Shown: positions 53,746 through 62,770 of the stretch, piece by piece | How the letters are laid out: every line of letters starts with the position of its first letter | Position numbering within the stretch: position 1 is the first letter of the stretch | Origin: Thecamonas trahens ATCC 50062 | Lineage: Eukaryota; Protista; Apusomonadida | Assembly: GCF_000142905.1 (NCBI RefSeq) | Contig: NW_013657646.1 | Coordinates: 124,001-188,000, forward strand | Direction: 5' to 3' | Length of the DNA: 64,000 bases | The notes under the pieces: generated by a model | Told to the model about the DNA's origin: nothing | Databases searched by the model: none | The model's input: the letters and a program-made list of their open reading frames with translations, nothing else | Position numbers and translations under genes: made by a program

Positions 53746-54779
53746 TTACTCGGCAGCCGGAGCCTCGGCAGCCGGAGCAGCAGCCGCCGCCTCGGTGGTG
53801 GTAGTGGTGGTCGACGCCGCGCCAGCAACCGCTGCCGCCGCCGCCGCGGGGTCCTCACCATTGGCAGCAGCCTCGAACGCAGCCTTGAACTTCTGCGCGT
53901 TCTCGACCGAGCCAAAGCGGATGAGGAGGCTCTCCTCAGTGGCGTCGTCGATGATGCCCTCCTTGGAGTCGGAGCGGTCGGCGAGCGTCTTCCACATCCA
54001 CACCTTGTCGGACGACGGGTTCGACACAAGCTTCATGTCGGCGGTGATAAAGTGGTTGGCGCAAATCTTGAGCGTCTTGTCGCGGCGCATGAGGATGCGG
54101 ACCTTGCCCGTCTCCTTGTGCTTGAGCAGCTTGACGGTGCCGGTACCGCGCTCCTTCCACTCCTCGGCCTCGTCATCCATGCGGTAGAGCCGCGCGCGGA
54201 GCTCGAGCGCAATGTCCTCGTCCTCCTCGTGGGTCTTGACCTCGACCTCCTCGAGCGTCACCTTGGCCTTGGCCTTGGGGTTCGTCTTGGCCTCGTCCTG
54301 CTCGCCCTCGGCCGCAGCATCGGCCGCACCTGCCGGCGAGAAGCCGCCAAACTTGAACGAGCTGCTGCCGCCACCAAACTTGAACTTGGGCTTGTCCTCC
54401 TGAGCCTCGCCCTCGCCCGCCGCCGCCGCGGGCTTGCCAAAGGAGAACTTGAAGGCGCCGCCCTTCTCGCTGCCGGCCGCCCCACCGCCAAACTTGAACA
54501 CGGGCTTCTCGCCCGCCGCAGCCTCGGACGCAGGCGGCGCAGCCGTCGTCTTGTCGTCACCAGAGCTCACTATCCGCCCGGCATCCCCGTCACCATCCAC
54601 CAGTTCGCCCAACCCGCGCCGTGTCGTCGGATGGCACGATCGGTCGCGCCCGAAGAAGGTCGTAAGTTGGCCCCCTCCCCCCTTGCCCTGCCTGTCCCCC
54701 CTGCACCCCCCCACCCCTCCGCACCCCCCCACCTCCCACCCGCAGACTACATTTACTCCTCTGCCCCTGTTCACGTACT
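53746..54779 (-). CDS. Ran-binding domain protein (RanBP1-type RanBD) with N-terminal FxFG repeats; predicted intron 54570..54778
   Basis: [46 protein letters not shown] and several FKFG-type motifs. Spliced CDS is 825 nt. Confidence 0.85.
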
Positions 54780-55096
54780 TGTTGATGTGTGTGTGAGAGA
54801 TGTGGGTGCCTTTGGCCTGTCCGCCGGACCCTCCCCTCGCCTCGCCCTGCCGCCGCCCCTCGCCCGCCAAGTCGCCCCAGTCACCCACTCGCGCGTCGAT
54901 TTCGCCCACTTGCTCCGCCGCCGCCTCTGCCTCTGCTATTGCGCCGGCTACACTCGCTCACGGTAAATGATCCACGCGTTCCTTCGTTTTATCTATGCCC
55001 GATAGCTCTGGATTAACCGGCAAGCCGTGCCTTTTTTCAACCCAACCCCCCTTGTCGTTAATCAATGGTCGGGGGGGGGGGGGGGAGTGGGGGGGG

Positions 55097-56014
55097 TCAG
55101 CTGTGAGCGTGATGGCTCTGAGGCGCGACGAGGCGGTAGACGACAAAGGCGGCCTTAAAGGTGCGCGAGCCCGAGTCGGCGACTGGCTCGATGACGCCCT
55201 CGAGGATCATAGACTGGCCGATGACGGCGATCTGGTCGACGGTGGCTGTAGCAAAGGTGGCGGCGATCCAGCGGGCGACGTCCGAGCCGAGGAAGCACGG
55301 CTCACCGGGGAGCACAATGCCGGCGCGGAGAAGTGGAGCATGGACGAGGCGGGCCGAGGCAAAGGCCTTGCGGAAGAGCGACATGTTCTCGGCAAACGAC
55401 GCGCCGCCGGCCGATGTGCAGACGACGGCGGTGGCCGGAACGAGGCCAGCCGACGCGGCGAGGCCGGCAGTATCAGCAGCATGGAGCGGGCGGGTGAAGC
55501 CCGACGCGATGTGGTACTTGATCTGGGTTGCCCACGCGTGGGTCTGCTCATCGTCGAGGCCCTGCAGCGTAAAGACAGCGCGACCGACATCGACGACGAT
55601 GCCGAGGCCTTCCGGACGGCCAGAAACCGGATCAGCCTCGCACGAGACGTACGCCAGATAGTCCGAGATGGCGGCAACGCGTCCGACAAGAACGCCCGTG
55701 TCGCCGGTCTCCAGCGGGCCGATGAGATCGCCGGCGAGACCGTCGGCCACCGACGCTGGCGGCGTGAACTGTGAGACGAGATCAAGCGGAAGGCCGACGT
55801 GGAGGACAAGCAGATGCGGATCGAGGGTCACTTCTGTAGCCACAAAGGTGTCGAGCGGAAAGGCATCGAGGACACGCCACGGCCCGCCGTCATCACCGGG
55901 CGCGGTGAACAGCATGCAGTGCTTGTTGTACACCTCCAGCTGCGTGGTGTACGTAGAGACCTTGACCCATGCCTGCCCACACATGGTTGTCACGTCAAAG
56001 TAGTGCGACGTCAT
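55097..56014 (-). CDS. PH-like + DEP domain protein
   Basis: PH-type terminal helix FTLQGLDDEQTHAWATQI. DEP consensus CFLGSDVARWI..IGQSMILEGVIEPV..F..VYRL. Confidence 0.65.
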   Translation of the reverse strand: MTSHYFDVTTMCGQAWVKVSTYTTQLEVYNKHCMLFTAPGDDGGPWRVLDAFPLDTFVATEVTLDPHLLVLHVGLPLDLVSQFTPPASVADGLAGDLIGPLETGDTGVLVGRVAAISDYLAYVSCEADPVSGRPEGLGIVVDVGRAVFTLQGLDDEQTHAWATQIKYHIASGFTRPLHAADTAGLAASAGLVPATAVVCTSAGGASFAENMSLFRKAFASARLVHAPLLRAGIVLPGEPCFLGSDVARWIAATFATATVDQIAVIGQSMILEGVIEPVADSGSRTFKAAFVVYRLVAPQSHHAHS

Positions 56015-56216
56015 TGCTGTGGCTCTGGCCAGAGATATAGACGAGGGACAGAGGGTGTCAAGTGTGGGTGTGAATGTGAATGACCCCGTCTCGCCCGTCT
56101 TGCCCGTCTCGCTGTGTGACCCGTGTCCCTGCTGCCTGGCCACCCTCTTGGGCCCCCGCCCCCCCTCCCCCCCCCTCCCACGTGCGCGCGCGCTGGCTCG
56201 CTGGCTCTTCGCTCAG

Positions 56217-57121
56217 CCCTTGCATCCAAGTCATGGGTCTCGTACAAGGACGGCAACACGTTTGAGAATGCAGGACTGGTGAAGATCTGCGTGAGAGGTG
56301 CATCTGAGTGCATCAACCTGACGGCGGCCAAGAACCAGTTCAAGGACGGCGATACGGGCAAGCAGGTCCGTAAGCTACTCAATGCTGGCGCATCTGCCTT
56401 TACCTTCCTCTTCCTCGCTCTGCTTGTCGCGGTGGTTGCCATCGGCGCTGCTGCGGCTTCTGCCTTTGATGCAAACCGCCATCAGCTGGCCACCAAGCTC
56501 GCAGCAGCCGTAGCGGCCGTCGCCTGGGGCCTCGCTCTCTTTGCTCTCATTCTCTACGCCGGCGTCCTCGGCGGGGCGCCGTCCAACTCATCGTACGGTC
56601 CGGGCTTCTACGCCATTGTCAACGTCATTGCTCTCTCATGGCTTCCCATTGTGCTGCTGGTCCTCGAGATGCTACGCATCGGGCCGATCGCCAACAAGGT
56701 GGTGTGGCGCGGTGAGGTCATGTTTCCGTCGTTTGCCCACGGACCGGGCGGGCCTTCGCTCCCGCCAGGCTCGTACACCGTTCGCCCCAAGACCGCTGTT
56801 CACCAGCGCGGACTCCTGCACAACTCGCCGGCTGCAGTCACCAACAGCGAGCACGCCGGCTACACCCCGCCGGCCCCCATCACCGCGCCGGCTGCCGCTT
56901 CGCCGGCTCCTGCGCCGGCCGCCATTTCTGCCGACGAGCCGGTTGCCGTTGTCCCGGTCCCGGCCCACGCCGCACCCATCGACTTTGGCGTCGCACCGCC
57001 GCCGGTCATTGTCCCGGTCATGCCGGCCGAGGCGTCGAGCCCGTCGCCGGCCGTCAGCCCGGCCGAGCCCGAGACCAAGCCGACGTCGATCGACAAGAGC
57101 GCTGCCGCGCCTCTGCTCTAA
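56217..57121 (+). CDS. Second claudin/PMP22-like membrane protein with Pro/Ala-rich tail, 5' exon unresolved
   Basis: SW..AGLVKIC..EC, three further TMs and SYGPGFY. CAG acceptor at ~56216. Confidence 0.6.
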
Positions 57122-57154
57122 ACTCTGTACAACCTACCAGGACAGCATTGCTCT

Positions 57155-58149
57155 TTATCGCTTCCGCACCACACGCAAGTACAACAGCGCGTCGGCGCCG
57201 AGCGCGTCCTCGATCTCGGCCAGTGCGCGGTCGCGAATGCCCGAGATGACGGCGCCGCGCGAGCCGATGAGGGTGCGAGCCTGGACCTTGGTCCGGACAG
57301 CGAGCTCGACGTCGATCCGGAGCTGGCCCGAGGGAAGCGGCGTCCAGCCAAAGACCCGCGGCTCGACCACGTACGGCATCTCCTGGTTGAGCCTGCGGTA
57401 AATTTGCTCGCGGACGAGCTCTTCGACGTGGGCCACCGGCGACGCGTCCGATTTCCACCACGACGGGTACTTCCAGTTGGCGAGCGGGGCATGCGAGGCG
57501 ACCCATGTATGAACATCGTTCACACCCTCGCCGGCAACTGCCGAGGTAAAGGTCAGATCAAGGGCGGGCGGCGAGGCCGGCGCTGGCAGTGCCGCCACCT
57601 CAAGCACCCTTGCTCGCCACTCGTCGGCGTCTTTGGCAAGCTCCTCCCGCGCGACCGGCGGCTGCAAGTAGTCAATCTTGTTGATGACTGCCAGCGCCGG
57701 GCGGCCCGAGCGGAGCGCTGCCGCGAGCGCCGAGTGCTCGTTGGAGCCCCAGCGCTTGACAGCGTCGAGAACGCAGATGACGGCATCGGCCTCAGCCAGG
57801 GCGTCGGCGGCCTCGAGCAACAGCGATCGCATGACCTTCTTTCCGGCGTACCGTGCTGATGGCGCGAGGAGTCCCGGCGTGTCCAAATACTCAGCCTGGA
57901 CCGCGCCACGGGTGGCGACGCCCAGCACCCGCTCGCGGGTCGTCTGCATCTTGGGCGAGACGATGGAGACCTTGGTGCCAACCAGGGCGTTGGCCAGGGT
58001 CGACTTGCCAGCATTGGGCGCGCCCACAAGCGCCACCCGCGCAAACCGTGGCTCTTCGGGCTCCTCCACCTCATCCCATTCCTCACCAGCCAGTGCCCGC
58101 AATGTGTATAGGTCCTCCGTCTGCTCCTCCCGCCCGGGCGCCGCCACGT
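57155..58149 (-). CDS. ERAL1: Era GTPase (mitochondrial ERAL1-like), 5' end in gap
   Basis: GAPNAGKS, VSPKMQTTR, DTPG, NKID, SA, EELVREQI..EMPY and KH-like LIGSRG. Confidence 0.88.
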
Positions 58150-58366
58150 NNNNNNNNNNNNNNNNNNNNNNNNNNNNNNNNNNNNNNNNNNNNNNNNNNN
58201 NNNNNNNNNNNNNNNNNNNNNNNNNNNNNNNNNNNNNNNNNNNNNNNNNNNNNNNNNNNNNNNNNNNNNNNNNNNNNNNNNNNNNNNNNNNNNNNNNNNN
58301 NNNNNNNNNNNNNNNNNNNNNNNNNNNNNNNNNNNNNNNNNNNNNNNNNNNNNNNNNNNNNNNNNN
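58150..58366. other. Assembly gap (N run)
   Basis: Run of n. Confidence 0.99.
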
Positions 58367-58404
58367 GCCCCCTCATGTCATCTCTGCCACCCTCTTCTCC
58401 AGGC

Positions 58405-59504
58405 ATGGTGACCTTCGAGGCGACGCGGGGCAACCTCGCTGCGTTGGCCCCGGCCTTCTCGGCAGTGGCCGCTTCGGCCACGGCTGCTCTTGCCGCCGAC
58501 CACCTCCCGCTGCCTCTGGCCCTCGTGGTCGCCACCCACGCCCTTGATCGGACCTTCCACCTCGCTGCCCATGTGCTCTCGTACCCAGCACCGGTTGCTG
58601 CCGATGATGGCGCTGCTACCGCCCCGGAGAGCCCGCTGCGTGCGGCACAAGCCCGCGCTGCTGCTGAGGCCGCTGCCGAGGCCGGCGAGACCGCCGTCGA
58701 TGTGCGGAGCCAGACCTGGCTCCGCATCCACAAGCTGCTCGCCCGCAAGTGCGGCTCATGGGTCGAGTCGCTCTCTCGCGGACTCGGTCTTCGCCTTACC
58801 GAGCTCGCCTTTATCAACATTCTCGAGCACAGGCTCTCCATCGTCCTCGGCAGCATGCTCTTCTCCCCGTGGAGACGGTCAAGGTGACGACCAACGCCGA
58901 CTGGGCAGTCGTCGGCGTCATCGGAGTAGTTCTCGTCCGTGGCGTGCTTCTCACTCCGCTCCGCCACATCCGAGTCCGCTACCAGACACTCCTGCCGAGC
59001 GCGGCGGAGCTCGCGCCGCCCGAGGATGCCACCGTCCGCGAGCCGTCGTGGTTCGCCTACCTCCCCACAGACTCGCTGGTGGCACTCGTTCGTGTTGCGT
59101 GCAAGGTTGTTGCTGATGGCGCTCTCTTTACAGGCGTGCCGGCAGCCATGGCCTCTGCCGCCATCGCCGCCATCCCGCACACCCTGCCGTACCTCGACCT
59201 GTTCCCGTCGACCGTCGGCGGGCGCGTCCTTCTTGCCGCCGCCGTCGCCCTCCTTCGCACTCCGTTTGACGTTCTCGCCTCGCGTTCCTGGCTCTGCGAT
59301 GTCTCGCCGGCTGACGTCGGCGCCGCTCTTCCACCGGCCGCTGTGCGCAAGGCGCGCGTTCCGCTCCCGCGCCTCGCAGCTTCGGGCAGGTCCATCCACG
59401 GCATCACCGGATTCTACTCGCCGCTCCCGTCCGCAGAACTCATCTCCAACACCATATCGATTGTTCTCGGCCGCACCCTTGATCCGTGGTGGGTGGGCCT
59501 TTAG
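58405..59504 (+). CDS. Membrane protein with degenerate mitochondrial-carrier motifs; 1-nt frameshift at ~58866
   Basis: Px(D/E)xx(K/R)-like motifs TPLRHIRVRYQ and TPFDVLASR. Adding one C to CCCC at 58865-68 joins the two ORFs. Confidence 0.5.
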
Positions 59505-59685
59505 CATGCTGGGTGCTTCGCCCGCGATCTCTGCGCCCCGTCGTGTCTTGGACCCGCCCATCAAACTATGTGTGCCCTCGGCATGAAAGTGTGACGTTGT
59601 TGCCGACCACGCCCCCACTACAGAACAGTACTCTACCGGGCGGCCGGACCCCTATCCCTGTACACCCCTCTGCGCAACTCAGCCA

Positions 59686-60384
59686 ATGGCAGTAAAGGCG
59701 CATTTCTACGGCCAGGCCGTGTCCATCGCCATGCTGATGGGCGCTCGCAAGGGACGGTACCGCAAACCGTTCCGGGAGGAAGCTCCGCGAGGTTTGGCGA
59801 AGGATATCCGCAGCGAGTTGACCGAGACCGTGAGCAAGAACATGTGCAAGGTGTCAATCGACCGCTCCCTTGGTTGGATCAAGGTCGATGGCGACATGGT
59901 TGTGCGCACCACGTTCTTCACGGGCCGCAGGGGAAGGAGCCGGAAGGTTATCTCAGGCTGGTGCACCATCGAAGAGGTGAAGACTGTTCTCCGGGCTACC
60001 GCCGCCTATCCGAACCTCTTTAAGGAGATGGTCCGCCTATCAAAGTTCTACAGTGATGCAGACTACCTTATGATCACCGCGCCGGGTGATGACGACGGCG
60101 AGGCAGCTGTTGTGCCGGATCGGCAGCTCTCCAGCGACGACATCGAGCCGCTTGCCGGCGACGAGCCGCCTTCCGTGGCTGATCTGACTGGATTTACCGT
60201 CCACGGCTTCCAGCTCTGGGCCTGGCCACACCATCCGTCGGGTAAGTCTCGCCACGATCATCTCGTGCGCCACTGGACGCTGGTGGCGGGTCATCACCTT
60301 CTCCGTTCCGGCTGGTTCCGCGCCGACGAGCTGTGCGCGGTTGCGCGCGAGGTCGTCGCCGAGCTCCTGGCCACGTCCACCTGA
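59686..60384 (+). CDS. Hypothetical protein
   Basis: 232-aa ATG ORF with coding-like codon usage; no recognised domain. Confidence 0.6.
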   Translation: MAVKAHFYGQAVSIAMLMGARKGRYRKPFREEAPRGLAKDIRSELTETVSKNMCKVSIDRSLGWIKVDGDMVVRTTFFTGRRGRSRKVISGWCTIEEVKTVLRATAAYPNLFKEMVRLSKFYSDADYLMITAPGDDDGEAAVVPDRQLSSDDIEPLAGDEPPSVADLTGFTVHGFQLWAWPHHPSGKSRHDHLVRHWTLVAGHHLLRSGWFRADELCAVAREVVAELLATST

Positions 60385-60638
60385 GCGTGCAATTGCAATC
60401 GCACCCTTCCCTCCGACGCTCCTCCATCTTCTTCCTCCCCCTCTCTCCCCGTCAATATATGCCTCTTCCTCTCAATTGGCCGCGGTACGCTTGCCTTGGC
60501 CGAGTCCGGCAGACTGGCCGGCGGCCTAAACCTGAAAGCGGCATTGGTATTTGTTAGCGGGTGCGGGAGTGGCAGCTCACTCGCATCCGGTTGGTTCTCG
60601 GAAGGCCGCCGCACCACGTGGCGAGAGAGGGCGGGTCG

Positions 60639-62726
60639 ATGGGCGGAACGAGCTCCAAGAAGGAGGCGCTTGCTGTTGCGGCGGCACCAACAACTCGCAT
60701 TGTGCCTCAGGGCCTCAACTTTGTCTCGCATTCGGCAGCCAAGGCGTCGGCAGCTGTCGCCGGTGGTGACGGCGTGGGTTCGGCCTCTCGCCCGTCCATT
60801 CCGCCTCGCGCCCGCTGGACCTCTCTGGACGAGGTACCTGTCCACGGGCCTTACGAGCGGCGGGCGGTGCTTGGCGCTGGGCAGTACGGAGTGGTGCTAC
60901 TGGTGGCACTGGCCGGCAGCGATGATGCAGCGGCTCGTGCGGCGGCCGTCGACAACCACGGCGGCGACGGCGGCAGTGATGGCGAGGTCTACTGCATGAA
61001 GGTCATCGATGTGGGCTCTTTTTCGGCGCAAGAGCTGATGCATGCCATGGCCGAAGTCACAGTCCTTGGCGCCATGCATTGCGCGACGATTGTGGACCTC
61101 CGCGAGTCGTGGGTCGAGGACGACGACCTGGTCATTGTCATGGAGGCTGCGCTCTCGGGCGATGTCGAGTCGTTGGTCGAGTCGACGCGGGTCGCGGGTG
61201 GAAGACTGGATGCTGACGTGGTGTGGATGTGGGCGATCGAACTGCTGCTTGCGGCCCGACACATCCACACCCGTGGCATCATCCACCGCGACATCAAGGC
61301 CGAGAACGTGTTCCTCACTGGCGACGGGCACGTCAAGCTCGGCGACTTCGGCATTTCTGTGGCGCAGACCGACATCGATGACGATGACCAGGTCAGCGCG
61401 CTGCCGCGCTTTGGCACACCGTACTATCTGGCGCCCGAGTTCTTTGGCGGAGCGTCGCCGCGGGCACCGGCTGCCGCCGCCAAGCGCGACATGTGGGCGC
61501 TCGGCGTGGTTCTCTTTCGCATGCTCACTCTTCGCTTCCCTTTTGAAGCCAGCTCGATGCGGGCCCTCCGCCGAGTGATCAAGCACGAGCCGGCGGTGGT
61601 CCCACGCAAGGCTGCACCTCCAGCACTCGCCAGCCTCGTCGAGGAGTTGCTCTGCAAGGATCCAGCGGAGCGGCCGTCGGCCGACGAGCTTCTCAGTCGC
61701 CCCGAAGTCCGGACGCGGATGATGGCATGCGTGCCTGAAGCGCTTTATTTGCCCGAGTTTCCGGACGAGGCTGTTGGGCACGCGATGCCAGACGCACGCA
61801 GCCATCCGATGGCGGCGGCTCTTGATGCGGTTGACGTGCCGAGCATCTGCGTCGGCCTCGCGGCCGGCGAGACTTCGCCGCTGGTGGGCGCGTTCTCCCC
61901 GCTTGACGCCGCCGGGCACCCGTATGTCCGCACGCCCGCTGACTACTTTGCGGTTGCCGAGCACTCGGAGACCGACCGCGAGCGCGCGTTTGCGCCGCTC
62001 GCTGGCAGGCTCGCCCACATTCTGCTCACAGAGGACTTGGGCGAGGCGAGGGCGCGGCGAGCGGAGCGGCTGCTGAAGCGCACACACTCGTCGCAAGAGC
62101 TAATCGATTCGCTCCGCGAGCACCTCGCCGACGCAAGCGAGGTCGAGACCACGCCGCTGCTGGCAGGCCTGGCGGCCGAGGACGCTGGGCAGCGTCCGAT
62201 GCTCTCGCCGCGGCTCTCGTCGCGACTGCCACACTCTCCACGGCAGCGGCAGCGGTCGCCAGCGACAAGCCTTGGGACCGGCACGCTGTCGACGGCGTCG
62301 TCGACGACACTCGACTCGGACGATGAGCTGACGTCGACCTCTTTCTCGACCTCTGACTCGGATGCGGGCTCGGTGGCTGGCAGCGACGGGTCGCAGCCGC
62401 GGTCACGGTCGCGGGTCCGGTCCATGCTCACGGCCAAGCTGATAGAAAAGTTGGAGCAGACACGACGGTCGCCGCACTTTCGGGCCCTCAACTCGGTCCG
62501 CAGATCGTATTTGCGCGAGCGGCGGCGGTCGCTAGTCTCGCTCCCGACTCGGACCGACCTATCACCGTCGGCAAACCGCCGGCGGGCCATGTCGCGGCCG
62601 TCACGGTCCAACGAAGAGCTGCTCTCACCCGGCCTGATGCGGACTGGTAGTGGCAGTAGCGATGGAAGTTGCGAGCACGAGGCCGAGTGCGGGTCGCTGC
62701 TACTCTCTGTGCCGCAAACGAAGTGA
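60639..62726 (+). CDS. NEK (NIMA-related) kinase, predicted N-myristoylated
   Basis: GAGQYG, MKVID, HRDIKAENVFL, KLGDFG, GTPYYLAPE, DMWALG and PFEASSM. Start MGGTSS. Confidence 0.85.
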   Translation: MGGTSSKKEALAVAAAPTTRIVPQGLNFVSHSAAKASAAVAGGDGVGSASRPSIPPRARWTSLDEVPVHGPYERRAVLGAGQYGVVLLVALAGSDDAAARAAAVDNHGGDGGSDGEVYCMKVIDVGSFSAQELMHAMAEVTVLGAMHCATIVDLRESWVEDDDLVIVMEAALSGDVESLVESTRVAGGRLDADVVWMWAIELLLAARHIHTRGIIHRDIKAENVFLTGDGHVKLGDFGISVAQTDIDDDDQVSALPRFGTPYYLAPEFFGGASPRAPAAAAKRDMWALGVVLFRMLTLRFPFEASSMRALRRVIKHEPAVVPRKAAPPALASLVEELLCKDPAERPSADELLSRPEVRTRMMACVPEALYLPEFPDEAVGHAMPDARSHPMAAALDAVDVPSICVGLAAGETSPLVGAFSPLDAAGHPYVRTPADYFAVAEHSETDRERAFAPLAGRLAHILLTEDLGEARARRAERLLKRTHSSQELIDSLREHLADASEVETTPLLAGLAAEDAGQRPMLSPRLSSRLPHSPRQRQRSPATSLGTGTLSTASSTTLDSDDELTSTSFSTSDSDAGSVAGSDGSQPRSRSRVRSMLTAKLIEKLEQTRRSPHFRALNSVRRSYLRERRRSLVSLPTRTDLSPSANRRRAMSRPSRSNEELLSPGLMRTGSGSSDGSCEHEAECGSLLLSVPQTK

Positions 62727-62770
62727 CGCGAGTCTTGCTCGGCTTCAGTTGATGAGAGATACAGTCATGT

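Noticed and set aside
52891-54966. Long antisense or alternate-frame ORFs (also 8723..10333, 11474..13294, 19438..20979, 26759..28360, 29490..31001, 37500..39116)
   Set aside because: These are shadows of real genes caused by high GC3 and stop-codon scarcity; they have no domain motifs.
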